From positions 224,001 to 288,000 of the forward strand of contig CAWAUV010000004.1 in NCBI GenBank assembly GCA_963785305.1: a stretch of 64,000 nt of DNA, given 5' to 3'. The stretch is from an uncultured Planctomycetaceae bacterium. Its GTDB lineage: Bacteria > Planctomycetota > Planctomycetia > Pirellulales > PALSA-1355. This document shows positions 1 through 12,587 of the stretch, piece by piece. The notes below the pieces were generated by a model. The model did no database searches. It was not told where the DNA came from and worked only from the letters and a program-made list of their open reading frames with translations. Within the stretch, counting starts at the first letter, position 1. Every line of letters begins with the position of its first letter. A program made the translations under genes and the position numbers.

Positions 1-3
1 TAT

Positions 4-1781
4 GTGCTCGTGGTTCGCGACGTTTCGGCACGCAAGCGGGCCGAGGAGACCTTGGATTTCCTGGCCCGCACAAGCATCGAGCTATCCGAATCGCTCGATC
101 TGACAAATCGTTTGGATCGTGTCGTGCGGTTGCCGGCGCCGCGGTTCGCGGATTGGTGCGTGGTCGAAGTGCTCGATCCCTCGTGGTCGGAATCCACGAG
201 TTGGATTCGCGCCTGCGCGCACCGCGATCCGGTGTGGGACGCGCGGCTGCGCGAGACCTTGCTCGAATGCGCGCCGAGCGACGCGCCGCTCCTGGCCCTG
301 GAGAGCGCCGAACCGGAGCTCATGACCGATCTGACGGACTGGCGCCGGGCCGGGCTCGCCATCGACGCCCAGCAGCAGATGCTCCACGCCGAACTGGCGC
401 CGAGTTGCTGGATCCTGGCGCCGCTGGTCTATCGCCGCGAGCGGCTGGGAACGCTGCTCCTGGCCGTGGGCGAATCGAGTCGCCGCTATACGCGCGATGA
501 TTTGCAATGGGTCGACGAATTTGCTCGCCGGGCAGCGGCGGCAATCGAAAACGCGAGGCTCTATCGCCGGGCTCTCGAGGCCGATCGCCGCAAGGACGAG
601 TTCCTTGCCATCTTGAGCCATGAGCTTAGAAACCCGCTCGGCGTGCTCCACAACGCCCTGTTCCTGCTTCGCTCCAAGGACTTGCCCGCCGACGAAGCGA
701 GCGAAACCTTGGAGATGATGGACACCCAACAGCAGCAGCTCAAACGGCTCGTCGACGACCTGCTCGAAGTCTCGCGCATCACGCGCGGCCGCATCGTGCT
801 CCGCCGCGAACTACTCGATTTCGGCAAGCTGGTGTCGCGAGTCGTCGGGGCAATGCGGCCCATGATCGCCGAGCGGCGCCATGAACTTTCGGTCAGCCTG
901 CCCGAGACGCCGACGCCGGTCGAAGGCGATGGGGTTCGATTGACGCAGGCGATCGAAAATCTGCTGAACAATGCGGCCAAGTACACCGAGGTCGGCGGAC
1001 ATATTTGGCTGCGCGTCGAACCGCACGACGCCGAGGTGTGGCTGCGAGTGCGCGACAATGGCCTGGGCATCGCGCCGGAAATGCTCGACCGGGTGTTTGG
1101 TCCCTTCATCCAGGGCACGAGCAATAATCATACCCATGGTGGGCTCGGCATCGGCTTGGCTCTCGCCCGCAAGCTGATCGATATGCACGGCGGCGGCATT
1201 CGGGCCACGAGCCCCGGGCCAGGCAAAGGCAGCGAATTCATCCTCCGCCTGCCGCTCGCGCGTGCCGAGTCGGCGCTCGACGAAAGCTCGCCCCCCGCGG
1301 CGGCAAGCGTTCCCGACGAGGCGCCCTCCGGCGCCGATATGTCGATTGCCTGCAAGGTCCCGGAGGAAAGCGATTCTCTCGCGGCGCCCGCCAACGCCGC
1401 GGCCGAGTGCTCCCGAGCGCGGGTGCTGGTAATCGACGACAATCAAGCTTCGGGCCGCACCTTGGCTCGGCTCTTGCGGTCGTGGAATTTCGAAGTCGAG
1501 GCCACTTTCGATCCGTTCATGGCGATCGAAATCGCGCAGCGCTTTCGGCCCGATTGGGCGCTGCTCGATATCGGCATGCCGCGGCTCAATGGCTACGATC
1601 TGGCCCGACAATTGCGCCCGGCGACGACCGGATTCGACTCGTCGCCATCACCGGCTACGGCCAAGAAGAAGATCGCCGCCGCTCGCGCGAGGCGGGCATC
1701 GCCTGGCACTTCACCAAGCCGATCGATCCCGAGGAACTGCAACGCTTGCTCGCGGCCGAGCAACCGGTTGCGGCGCCATGA
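4..1781 (+). CDS. Hybrid sensor histidine kinase/response regulator (GAF-HisKA-HATPase-REC), 5' truncated by window, frameshift near 1620
   Basis: H-box LAILSHELRNPL, N-box NLLNNAAKYT, G-boxes DNGLGI and GGLGIGL. Receiver VLVIDDN...LLDIGMP; the receiver C-terminus (LVAITGYGQEEDRRRS...HFTKPID) continues in the 1407..1781 frame. Confidence 0.9.
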
Positions 1782-2225
1782 GGCGCGCTTAAGCGTGCTT
1801 GAGCGAGTTTGCGCTCAGTTGTTCGGTTGTCGCAACATTTCCGAAATCTAGGCGCCTGAAGCGGCGACGGACGGCCGGTCGTTTGCATTTGCGGAAAAGC
1901 CTGAAGAGATACAACCCAAGAATTTGGGCGATGATCGTGGCAAACTCGCCACCAATAATCTTCTCGACGAAGTTTAGAGCCTATCCGACAACTCCCCCCG
2001 CTCCCCGCATGGGAGAGGGCGGGATGCGGGCTCGCCGAAGTTCTCGGAAAGGCGCATGGTCGCCCCGACAATCGAGGCCAACCGCCCGGCCGCGAGCGTC
2101 GCGAAAAGCTCGCAATCTCCGCCGCCGATGGCATTCGCCGGCCCGACTCGGTAAACTCGTTGCCACCAGCCGGCGACGCGAGTTCGATCGGTTCGGCCAA
2201 CACATCTCCTAGGAGCCAAGGCGTC

Positions 2226-4956
2226 ATGAAGACCGAGGTCAAGAAGACCCGCGCCAACCAGCGGCGCACGTTGCGAGATCGCCTTTCGCGATTGACATTT
2301 CTCGAAGCCTGCCGGCTGCTGGGCCCAACCGGCAAGTCGCTCATCCAGAAAAGCGCCAATCTCTGGGATATCAAAATCGAAGACGATGTGCATCTGGGCG
2401 ATGACCTGTTTCGCTTGCGCATTCCCGAGGCCGCCGACGACGGCTCGCCGATTGTCGTTACCATTACCACCATGGCGCTAGCCCGCGACCGGCTGCACTG
2501 GAATTGCACGCACTGCGAAACGGCCTGCGCATGTCGGGGCCGCGTTTTCGCTGATCTTGGAGGAAAAAACGGCGCTCCGGCTGGCAATGGCCTCTCCCGA
2601 GCGCGAACCGGTGGCCAACCTCGACGACGCCGCGCTCGTGGCCCAGGCGATCGAAGATCGCCGCCAACGATCCAAAAGCGAGTCGATGCGCGTCACGGCA
2701 ACCGATCGCGACCGGCCCTGGACCGACTATGTGGTCACGAGCCACGAAAGCGGCAAGAGCTATCGCGTCGCCTTGCGAGGACTCGAAGTCGGCGAGTCGT
2801 ATTGCTCGTGTCCCGATTTTCGGGTGAACACGCTGGGAGTTTGCAAACATGTGCTGCGCGTGATCGACCGCGTCAAGCGCCGCTTTACGCCGCGGCAACT
2901 CAAGGCGCCGCATAAGCCCGAATCGCTCGCCTTGCACTTGCGCTACGATGGCGAGGTGACGCTCCGCTTGCTGGTTCCCGCCAAGCTGAGCGACGCGGCG
3001 GCGGCGATCGTGGCGCCGCTCGTGGATCGGCCCATCGAGAATTTGCGAATCTCATGTCGCGCATCGCGAAGTTGCAACAAATCGGCGAAGCGGTGCTCAT
3101 TTATCCCGACGCCGAGGAGTTTATTCAGCAGCGATTGTTTCAACAGCAAATGCGCGACAAGATGGCCGCCATTCGGAGCAATCCGGCCGATCATCCGCTC
3201 CGCGCGGCGCTCTTGAAGACGCCGCTCTTGCCCTATCAGCTCGATGGCGTGGCATTTGCCGCCGGCGCCGGACGGGCGATCTTGGCCGACGACATGGGTC
3301 TCGGAAAAACGATTCAGGGCGTGGGCGTGGCCGAGCTGCTGGCCCGCGAGGCCGGTGTGCGTAAGGTGCTGGTCGTGTGTCCCGCGTCGCTCAAGAGCCA
3401 GTGGCGGGCCGAGATTCATCGCTTTTGCGATCGCGATGTGCAGCTTGTCGGCGGCCCGGCGGCGGAGCGTCAGGCGGCTTATGCCCACGGTAGCTTTTTT
3501 ACCGTGTGCAACTACGAGCAAGTGCTCCGCGACATTCTCGCGATCGAACGCGTGGCCTGGGACCTGATCATTCTCGACGAAGGCCAGCGCATCAAGAACT
3601 ACGAGGCCAAGACCACGAGCGTGGTCAAAAGCTTGCGCTCGCGCTTCGCGCTGGTGCTCACCGGCACCCCGCTGGAAAACCGGCTCGACGATCTCTATTC
3701 GATCGTGCAGTTCGTCGATGATCGTCGCCTGGGGCCCGGCTTTCGGTTCTTCAACAAGCATCGCGTGCTCGACGAAAAGGGCAAAGTGCTCGGCTACAAG
3801 GAACTGGGCGATGTGCGCTCGGCGCTCGCGCCGATCTTGCTCCGTCGCACTCGCGAAAGCGTGAAGCTCGAGCTGCCGCCGCGCACAGTCGAATTCGTGC
3901 GGATTCCGCCCTCCGACGAACAGCTTGAAATGCACCGGTCCCACATGCAGATCGTGAGCGCGATTACTCGCAAGAAGTTTCTCACGGAAATGGATCTCTT
4001 GCGGCTCAAGAGTGAACTGCTCATGTGCCGAATGTCCGCCGATAGCACGCTACTGGTCGACAAAGAGCCGCCCGGCCATTCGACGAAGCTCGCGCGCCTC
4101 GACGAACTGTTCGAGCAGATATTCGCCGAGCCCGACCGCAAAGTGGTGCTGTTTTCGGAATGGACCACGATGCTCGGCCTCATTGAGAAGCTGCTCAAGA
4201 AGCGCGGCCTTCACTATGCGAGGCTCGATGGCGGCGTGCCGCAGAAGCAGCGACAAGAGCTCGTGCATCGCTTTCAAACCGATCCCGACTGCCGGCTCTT
4301 TCTCACGACGAACGCCGGCTCGACCGGCCTGAACCTGCAAGCCGCCAACACCGTGATCAATGTCGACTTGCCCTGGAACCCCGCGGTGCTCGAACAGCGA
4401 ATCGCCCGCGCATCGCATGGGCCAGACTCAGAGCGTGCAGGTCTATGTGCTCGTGACCGAACAGACGATCGAAGAAAGCCTGCTCGCCACGATCGCCGCC
4501 AAAAAAGAGTTGGCCCTGGCGGCGCTCGATATCGAATCCGATGTCGAGCAGGTGGACCTTGTCTCGGGCATGGAGGAGCTCAAAAGCCGTCTCGAAATCT
4601 TGCTTGGCGCCAAGCCCCAGGCGCCCGAAGACGAATCGGTCAAACAGGAGCTCCTGGCCGAAGCCCGCGGCGGGGCGAATCCGCGCGAGGCGGCCCACCG
4701 CGATCGGGTCGCCGCGGCAGGCGGTGAACTGCTGGGCGCCGCCTTCAAATTCCTGGGCGAAGTAGTCGCGAGCGAACAACTGGCGCCGCCGCCCGCGGCG
4801 CTGGTCGACAATGTTCGAGCCGGTCTGGAAGCATGTGTCGAATCCGACCCCGCCGGCCGCCCGCGACTCACATTCACTCTCCCCGACCGCGCCGCCTTGC
4901 ACGGCCTGGCCCAAACCCTAGCCAACCTGCTCGCCGTGGGCGAAAAACCGACCTGA
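2226..4956 (+). CDS. SWIM zinc-finger SNF2-family helicase/ATPase (frameshifts near 2530, 3050, 4410)
   Basis: SWIM motif CSCPDF...CKH, Walker A LADDMGLGKT, DEGQ motif II, LTGTPLEN motif III, GLNLQAA and QRIARAHRMGQ (spanning a frameshift), across consecutive ORF fragments. Confidence 0.88.
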
Positions 4957-5142
4957 GGCTCGCATGGCCGTTTGCAGTGCACTTTTGACATACCTCGGCG
5001 CCGGGCCACCGGCCGAATCGACGAGCGAGCGCATGCCGTTCTTCCTCTCGGCCAGCAGCCCCTCGATGGTCCGGTGATATCCCGGCAGACGTGGATGGCG
5101 CCGCGAAGGAACGTCGACGCTTTTCCCTCCCGAAAATCAGTC

Positions 5143-6765
5143 TTACGGAACCGCCACCGCGGCTGGTTTTGTCTTTTCTTCCTCGGCGCCGTTTTTCCAG
5201 TCGAGGTATTTCTTGTGTTCCATTGCCTTCATGATCCAGGTCGCTTGCCAGGGGCTCCAGGTCGGGTAGCTCGACGATAGGGCCGACAAGGCGAGAAGGG
5301 CGATCGCCAATCCTCGGCCCCAGCGGCGACTGGCAAGCCAATCGACGGCCGGCAGCATCAGCACCAACCACAGCGGGGTGAACCAAAACATCCACCGCAG
5401 GCCGCTCGACATGCCGCCGTAGTTCCTATCGAGTTGCGGACGCAATAAGTAAAAGCCGAGCACCACCAGCGTTACCCCGGCGATGCCCAGGGCCAGCGCG
5501 CGGCGATCGCGAAAGCGGACCCAAAATCCGAATCCGGCCACGCTCAATATCCAAGCGGGCGTGAGCGAGAACAGGCCGTGGTGGCCGATCAGGCAATGGA
5601 ATACATACCACGGGATCGAAGGCTCGCCTTGGTCGATGCCGACCGGCGCGGCCCAGTAGCTTTCGCGCTCGCGGCCGTGGCTCATGTAGGTGAACTTGTA
5701 CCAGTTGTCGCTCGGGTCGGTCTCGCTGCGATGCGCGTAGGGCTCGCGTAGGCTGCCGTGAGCGATGTAGTTCGTGCCGTACTGGGCAAGAACCACGGCG
5801 AGCGCCGCCGGCGCGAAGGCGATCAGCGTCATCCGCGGCGCCCGCCAGCCGAGAGCCACGGCCACCAGCGCCAGCATCGCCAGGGCCGGCAACTCGAAGG
5901 CAAATAAAAACCCGCCCGCGAGCCCGGCGACCACGAACCAGGGCCAGCGGCGCTCTTCATCGTGCCAGATGCGCACGAATGCGAGTAGCAACGCCGCGGC
6001 GGCGACGGCCGCGGGCAGATGATTCGTAATGCTCACGGCGAAGGTCGTGAGCAGCGTGCCACCGGTGGCCAAGGCCATCATGAAGAGGCGGCCCCAGGTC
6101 GTGACGCCGAAGCGTTCGGCCAAGCTGATTAGAATCAGGAAATAAGCGACGAGCAGCGGCACATTGTAGAGAATCAAAAGGCCGCGGCCGAGTTCGTAGG
6201 TGTATTCATTAAGTCCCCAGCCGGTCGTCTTGTAGACGAGCCAATAGGGCACGGCCATGAGCGTGGCCAAGAGCGGCGGCTTGCTGGAGTAAAGATGTTT
6301 CTGGCCGTCGCTGCCCAGGTGCTGCACCATATCGATGGTGTCCCAGCCCTGTTCGTCGACGATATCGTCGATTGCATAGGTTCCTTTTTCGACCAGCGAG
6401 CGAATCGTGTCCCAGCGGCTGCGATCGTTGGCGCTCAGGAAGGGCCGGCTATGGAACCAGTCCGGGCGCCCCTGCCGGTAGAGTGTTTCTTCAAGGGCGA
6501 ACATGTTGACCGAATCGACGGCCAAGATGCGTCCGCAGAGCCCGCCGATGGCGAGCGCGATAAACAGGCCGTAGAGCGAGCGACGTAGCGTCGTGTGTTC
6601 ATCGACCGCCGAGGGCGCGGTTTTGCCGCCGGGCGATTTCGGCGGCCGGCCCGCGTCGGCCCGGGCGCCATCGGGTCGGCCGGCGTCGCGCGAGGTATCG
6701 AAGCGACCCGCCTCGGGCCGGCCGGTGTCGGGCATCGGGTCGTTATCGCGTCGGGCTGCATTCAT
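5143..6765 (-). CDS. Multi-pass membrane protein, probable GT-C-like glycosyltransferase partner of the adjacent GT2
   Basis: Many hydrophobic segments, conserved-looking loops (SANDRSRW, YSSKPPLL); overlaps the 3' end of the GT2 gene. Confidence 0.6.
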   Translation of the reverse strand: MNAARRDNDPMPDTGRPEAGRFDTSRDAGRPDGARADAGRPPKSPGGKTAPSAVDEHTTLRRSLYGLFIALAIGGLCGRILAVDSVNMFALEETLYRQGRPDWFHSRPFLSANDRSRWDTIRSLVEKGTYAIDDIVDEQGWDTIDMVQHLGSDGQKHLYSSKPPLLATLMAVPYWLVYKTTGWGLNEYTYELGRGLLILYNVPLLVAYFLILISLAERFGVTTWGRLFMMALATGGTLLTTFAVSITNHLPAAVAAAALLLAFVRIWHDEERRWPWFVVAGLAGGFLFAFELPALAMLALVAVALGWRAPRMTLIAFAPAALAVVLAQYGTNYIAHGSLREPYAHRSETDPSDNWYKFTYMSHGRERESYWAAPVGIDQGEPSIPWYVFHCLIGHHGLFSLTPAWILSVAGFGFWVRFRDRRALALGIAGVTLVVLGFYLLRPQLDRNYGGMSSGLRWMFWFTPLWLVLMLPAVDWLASRRWGRGLAIALLALSALSSSYPTWSPWQATWIMKAMEHKKYLDWKNGAEEEKTKPAAVAVP

Positions 6766-7759
6766 GGGGTGGGCTCTCGCTCGGAGCGGGATCGCCGGCG
6801 CGCTCGGCGATCGAAAATACATCGTCGGCGCGGCCGTGCCGGGCCGCGACGAGCTCGGCCAGCAGCCCAATCGAAAAGAATTGGGCCCCGACCAAGAGCG
6901 CCCCCCAAGCGTAGAGCATTGCCGGCCGTTCGTGCAACGGCGGTAAATTGAGTTCGGGCCGCGCTTGCCGCACGACCCAGTAACCGGCCAGATAAATCAG
7001 CCCCACGAAACCAATTGCAAAAAACACCAGGCCGGCGCCGCCAAGCAAATGTTGCGGCCGATTGCCGAAACCGACCAAAAACTTCACCGTGAGCAGGTCG
7101 AGAAATCCGCGGACAAAGCGAATCCAACCGTATTTCGAATGTCCAAACCGCCGCGGGCGATGCGCGATCGCGAGCTCGCCGACCCGAAAACCCCGGGCCG
7201 CCGCCAGCACCGGAATAAAGCGGTGCAATTCGCCATAGAGCCGCAGTTCCGCCAGCACTTCGCGGCGATAGCATTTCATGCCGCAGTTATGGTCGTGTAG
7301 CCACACTCCGGTCAGCCGGCTCACCAGATAGTTGAATACCCGCGAGGGGCCGACTTTGTGCCAAGGGTCGTGGCGAACGCGTTTCCAGCCGCTCACCAGG
7401 TCGAGCCGCGGTTGGCCCTCAAGGAGCGCCAGCAAGCGAGGAATCTCGCGAGGATCGTCTTGCAGGTCGGCGTCGAGTGTGACGACTCGCTCGCCGCGGG
7501 CCGCTTGAAAGCCGGCTTGGAGCGCCGCGGCCTTGCCGAAATTGCGGCGAAAGCGAATGCCCCGCGCGCGGCGGTCGGAGGCGGCCAGGAGCTCGATCTC
7601 GCGCCACGAGCCGTCGGTCGAGCCATCGTCGACGAAAAGCACTTCCAGTTCGTAGGCTTCCGCGGCGGCGAGCGCCGCGATCTCGCGAAAGAGCGTCGGC
7701 AAGCTCTCGGCCTCGTTGAATACCGGAATCACGACCGTGAGCATGGGCGGCGCGGCCAT
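6743..7759 (-). CDS. Glycosyltransferase family 2 (polyprenol-phosphate glycosyltransferase, ArnC/DPM1-like)
   Basis: VVIPVFNE, VDDGSTD, RRNFGKAAAL, DADLQDDP, GELHRFIP motifs and two C-terminal TM helices. Confidence 0.9.
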   Translation of the reverse strand: MAAPPMLTVVIPVFNEAESLPTLFREIAALAAAEAYELEVLFVDDGSTDGSWREIELLAASDRRARGIRFRRNFGKAAALQAGFQAARGERVVTLDADLQDDPREIPRLLALLEGQPRLDLVSGWKRVRHDPWHKVGPSRVFNYLVSRLTGVWLHDHNCGMKCYRREVLAELRLYGELHRFIPVLAAARGFRVGELAIAHRPRRFGHSKYGWIRFVRGFLDLLTVKFLVGFGNRPQHLLGGAGLVFFAIGFVGLIYLAGYWVVRQARPELNLPPLHERPAMLYAWGALLVGAQFFSIGLLAELVAARHGRADDVFSIAERAGDPAPSESPPHECSPTR

Positions 7760-10700
7760 CAGGCGGTTACTCCGTCGAACAGACGCTCGAAGCGGCGGCG
7801 ATTCTCGGCCGTGATATGGCGGCAATCGGCCAGCAAGGTCGACGCCGACTGATAGCCCAGCAGGCCGGCCAGTCGCGCGAGGTCATGCGGATCTTCGGGC
7901 AAGGTGTCGCGCGTGATGGGAGTCATCAGCCGCAGCCGGGCTTGCAGCGTGCGGAGAAAACGGTAGCTGTCGTTGAAGAATTCGTAGTCGTCGCGATTCA
8001 GGTGGCCGGCCGCGTGGAGCGCGGTAAGCGCCTCGAACGCGCCGGGCACGCGCACCGAGGTATTGTCGAGCCCATGTTTGAGCTGGAGCATTTGCACCAG
8101 AAATTCGATATCGGCCAGTCCGCCGGGGCCGCGCTTGAGGTTGCCGCTCGGGGCGGCGCGTTCCAGCCGGCCGCGCATCGCGTGGACATGATCCAAATCA
8201 TTTGCTTGCCAGCCGGGCGAGAAAGCGGCCCAGTGCAATGTGGTCATCGTGGCGACCGCCACCTCGGGCGGAGCGACCACGACTCGCGCCTTGCAGAGCG
8301 CTTGCCGCTCCCAGAGCTGGGCCTGACCGCTGGAAAAATAGCGGGCAAAGTCCGCGAGACTCGTGGCCAGCGGTCCACCGCGGCCCGTGGGACGAAGCCG
8401 CGGATCGATCTGATACAAACGCCCGAACGGCCCCAGATTCGTGGCCACTTTGATGATTCGCTGGCCGAGCTCGCAGAAGAAATGTTGGTTGGTCGTCACA
8501 TCATCGCGCTTCGAGCGGCGGCTTTGCGTGGTCATGCCATCGCCGGCGTAGAGAAAGATCACGTCGAGATCGCTGTAGTAGTTGATCTCGCGCCCGCCGA
8601 ATTTGCCGAGCGCCACGACCATCATCGGGCACGCGCTACCGACCACCTCGGCCAGCGGGGCCGGCATCGACTCGCGGGCTTCGGCCGAGATCGTCGGCTC
8701 GCCCCATTTGGCCACGAGCTTTTGGTATTCGCGGGCCACGATCTCCGCGAGACACGCCTCGGCGATATCGCTCAAGGCGCCGGTCACGGCCTCGATCGGC
8801 TCCTTGCCCAAAATGTCGCGCACTCCAACTTGCAACTGCTGCGTGTTCTTGAAGCTATGCAAAATCGGATCGACATCCCGAGCGCCACGCGCAGATCGGC
8901 CAAGGTCGCTTGCTGTTGGCGGAGCGAGGGCAGTTTGTCGAGCAGCAGGCCATCGAGCAGTTCGTCGAGCATGCCGGGATTGCTGATCAGAATCGCCGAG
9001 AGATATTGGCTCGACGAGCACAGCTCGACATAGAGCCGCAGCGTCGGCGGATTGAAACTAAACAGTTCCCACAACACTCCCTTTCCGCCCACGGAGTCGC
9101 TCACCTTGCAAAGGTTGACCAGCGTGAACTCGGGCGAGGGCGTGGCCGAAATCGCTTTCAAGAGCCGCGGGGCGATCGCGGCCAGAAAATGCCGGCACCG
9201 GCGGGTCGAAAGGAAGCGAATCTTCTCGCTCGCCAAGTCCATCAGATGACGGTAAGCGTCTTGCACATCGAGAAAGCGATATTTGCCGAGCACTTCCTCG
9301 ATTTGCTTGGGCGACGGCTCGGGGTCGAGCACCAGATCGCTTTCCGGTTCGGTTTTCACATCGTCGCTAAAGGCGTCGTGGAGTAGGTGGTCGAGAATCT
9401 TGCGATTCACCTCGGTCGTGTTGCGATATGCGATATCGAAGCCGTCGAGCGCCGAGGCCGTCGGAGTGTCGACGAAGCCCAGGCGAATGGCGAGCTTCCG
9501 CAGCTCGACCGGGTCGCTCGGGAGGAGATGCGTTTGTAGGTCGAACATGATTTGCAGGCGATGCTCGACCTTGCGCAGGAAACTGTAGTTGTCTTCCAGC
9601 AGCGTGCGCTCTTGATGCGTAAGGCAGCCGCAGCGTTCGAGCTCGGCGATGGCGGCCAATGTGTTGCCGGTGCGCAGCGCCGGCAGGTCGCCGCCGTTGA
9701 GCAGTTGCAAGAACTGAATGGCGAACTCGATATCGCGGATGCCGCCGTGGCCTGTTTTGACATTCAGCGCGTCGGCGCCCTCGCGCATCGCGCGCTGCTC
9801 GATGCGCCGCTTGAGCGCTTTGATGCCGGTGATGTCGGCCCGCGAAAGATAGCGGCGATAGACCCAGGGCTCGAGCTGGGCGAGAAACTCGGCGCCAAGA
9901 GTCAAGTCCCCCGCCACCGGCCGCGCTTTGACGAACGCCTGTCGTTCCCAAGTGCGGCCCGAGAGATCGTAGTACTGCAAGGCCGACTCGACACTCACGG
10001 CCATCGGCCCGCTGCGACCATCGGGCCGGAGGCGAAGATCGACGCGATAGGGCGAGCCCAAATCGGTCGCCTCGGTAAGCAACCGCATCAGTTCCCTCGC
10101 CAGAGCCGTGAAATATTCCGCGGCGGCGTGTTGTCCGTCGCTCGATCGGTCGGCCGACTCGTGGAGAAACAGGAGATCGACATCGCTCGAATAATTGAGC
10201 TCTTCGCCCCCGAGTTTCCCAAGGGCCAGCACCACGAACCGCGCCGCCTCGCCCGAGAAGAGCCGCAGCGACGAACGCCGCGCGGCGAGCCGGGCTCGCG
10301 CCGCATAAACCGCCGCTTCGATCACGGCGTCGGCCAGATAGGAAATCTGCCGGGCCACGACATCTAGCCGCTGCCCGCGCACGATATCGCCATAAGCAAT
10401 CCGCAGCGTTTCGCGGCGTTTGAAGCGGCGGAGGGCTTTCATCGTGGCGGCGTCATCGCCTGCCAGAGCCACGACTTCGCCCATGAGTTCGGCCACGAGC
10501 GATTCCCGGCCCACGGGCTGGCCTTCGGTCATTCGCAAGAGGTCGTAGCTTTCCGAGTCGGTGACGAGAATATCGCTCAGGTGTTGGCTGGCGGAGAAGA
10601 TTTGCAGCAGGGTGGCAAGCGACTCGGGATCGCGCTCGACGAGCCCGCCAAACGAGAGCGGATTGCGCGTGGCCACGACGAAGCGTTCGAGGTTGTTGAG

Positions 10701-10906
10701 CGCCATGTCGGGGTCGCTCAATTTCGGCAGCAGTTCGCCGAGTTGCTGGCAAATGGTGGCCAAGAGATCGAGCGTCAGACCATGGGTGGCCATGCTCACC
10801 AGATTGGCGTGTCCGCGCCCGGATTGACCAGTCCCCAGGAGCGAAGCAGCCCGGCCGCCTCGTCGGGCCGATCGAGGTAGCGAGTCAGTTGTGGAATATC
10901 GATCAT
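7759..10906 (-). CDS. glnE: Bifunctional glutamine synthetase adenylyltransferase/adenylyl-removing enzyme (frameshifts near 10820 and 8885)
   Basis: Two nucleotidyltransferase halves: ALGKLGGEELNYSSDVDL...VDLRLRPDG...WERQA and ALGKFGGREINYYSDLD...IDPRLRPTG...WERQAL. Confidence 0.93.
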
Positions 10907-11107
10907 CGGTGACGGTGGCATTCGGGCGAAAGTTGGCCTGGGCAAACCCGATTATACCACCATCCGCCGAGCCGCCGCTACGGACTCCGCGGCGAGCGAG
11001 CGCGAAACGACCGGCCAAATCGCCCGCGATCGGGGTCGCGCGGAGCGCTGAGAAAAGACGGCTAAAACCGCAATGGTTTTCAAAATGCCGGCCATCGCCC
11101 CCCGCCG

Positions 11108-12301
11108 CTACTCGCCTTGCAAAAAGGCTTCAATCCGGTCGAAGCCGGCCTGCAAGGTTTCGAGTCGGGTGGCGAATGAAATTCGCGCGTACCCCTCGGC
11201 GCCGAAGGCCGAGCCCATGACCGTGGCCACGCCGTGGCGCTCGAGCAGCGAGAGGCACCATTCGCTCGAGGTCTTGATCCGCCGGCCGTGGTATGCGCGG
11301 CCCAAATGCGCTTTGATGTTCATGAATGCGTAGAACGCGCCGCCCATTTCAGGGCAACTGCAATCGGGCAATTGCCGAATGCGATCACGCACGAATTCGC
11401 GCCGCACCGCGAATTCCGAGAGCATTTCCGCCACGCATTCTTGCGGGCCATTGAGCGCCGCCACCGCGGCATGCTGGCTGATGCTCGAGGGGTTCGAGGT
11501 TTCCTGGCTTTGCAAGTCGGCCATCGCCGTCGCGACATTGGGGCTCGAAAGCGTCCAGCCGATTCGCCAGCCGGTCATGGCATAGGCCTTGCTCACGCCG
11601 TTGACCACCACGGTGCATTCTTGCAGCCCCGGGCGCACCGTGGGAAAGCTCACGAAGCGTCCTTCATAGACGAGCCGCTCGTAGATTTCGTCGGACACCA
11701 CCAGCAGATTTCGCTCGAGCACGATATCGGCCAGCCGGCCAAGTTCGTCGGGCGAATACATGGCGCCGGTCGGATTCGACGGCGAGCACAATATGAGCAT
11801 GGTCGTGCGCGGCGTGATCGCGGCGCGAAACTGCTCGGGCGTGAGTTTGAAATTGTCGGCCTCTTGCGTTTCGACGATCACCGGCTTGGCGCCGGTCAGC
11901 CGCACCAGTTCGGCATAGCTCACCCAGTAGGGCGCCGGAATAATCACTTCATCGCCCGGATTGCAAAGCGCCGTGAAGACATTGTGCAGGGAGTGTTTGG
12001 CGCCGTTGGACACCACGACTTGGCCGGGCGAGTATTGCAGGTCGTGCATCGCGGCATAACGGCTCACGATGGCCGTCTTGAGTTCGGGAATTCCGCTGGC
12101 CACGGTGTAATGCGTTTGGCCGGCCTCGATCGCGTCGACCGCGGCTTGGCATATATGCGGCGGCGTGTTGAAGTCCGGCTCGCCCACGCTGAAGTCATAG
12201 ACTTTGCGCCCGGCCATTTTCAATTCCCGAGCCTTGGCGGCCATTGCCAAGGTGGCCGAAGGTTCCAACTGCTGGACAATGCGAGAAATCGTGGGCGGCA
12301 T
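11108..12301 (-). CDS. PLP-dependent class I aminotransferase (aspartate aminotransferase-like)
   Basis: GEPDFNTP, SPSNPTG, SDEIY, SKAYAMTGWRIG PLP-lysine motif. Confidence 0.93.
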   Translation of the reverse strand: MPPTISRIVQQLEPSATLAMAAKARELKMAGRKVYDFSVGEPDFNTPPHICQAAVDAIEAGQTHYTVASGIPELKTAIVSRYAAMHDLQYSPGQVVVSNGAKHSLHNVFTALCNPGDEVIIPAPYWVSYAELVRLTGAKPVIVETQEADNFKLTPEQFRAAITPRTTMLILCSPSNPTGAMYSPDELGRLADIVLERNLLVVSDEIYERLVYEGRFVSFPTVRPGLQECTVVVNGVSKAYAMTGWRIGWTLSSPNVATAMADLQSQETSNPSSISQHAAVAALNGPQECVAEMLSEFAVRREFVRDRIRQLPDCSCPEMGGAFYAFMNIKAHLGRAYHGRRIKTSSEWCLSLLERHGVATVMGSAFGAEGYARISFATRLETLQAGFDRIEAFLQGE

Positions 12302-12587
12302 GAAAAAAATCCAACTGACGAAATTACGAGAGGTAAAACCCCCGAAAAAAGCGGGACCCCGGCGTTTCAAGGTCCGGGGGCTCGGCTGCCGGCGATGCCG
12401 CAGACCATCATAATGACTCGTCCCGCGGCTTCCAAGCGGCGCAAGCGGGGGGCAGGCCCTGCGACTGGCGAGCTATTTTGCGATTTGGCGCGAGAAGCCG
12501 GAAGTCCAGGCTGCTATAATGATCGTCTCGCTCGCCGCGATTCGCTAGACCTATTCCGTTATTCCGCGCTTTTAGGACCTGCCCGCC

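Noticed and set aside
7759..10906. glnE and other split genes as pseudogenes or programmed frameshifts
   Set aside because: Motifs are intact on both sides, no consistent slippery-site pattern was seen, and similar indels are scattered across the window.
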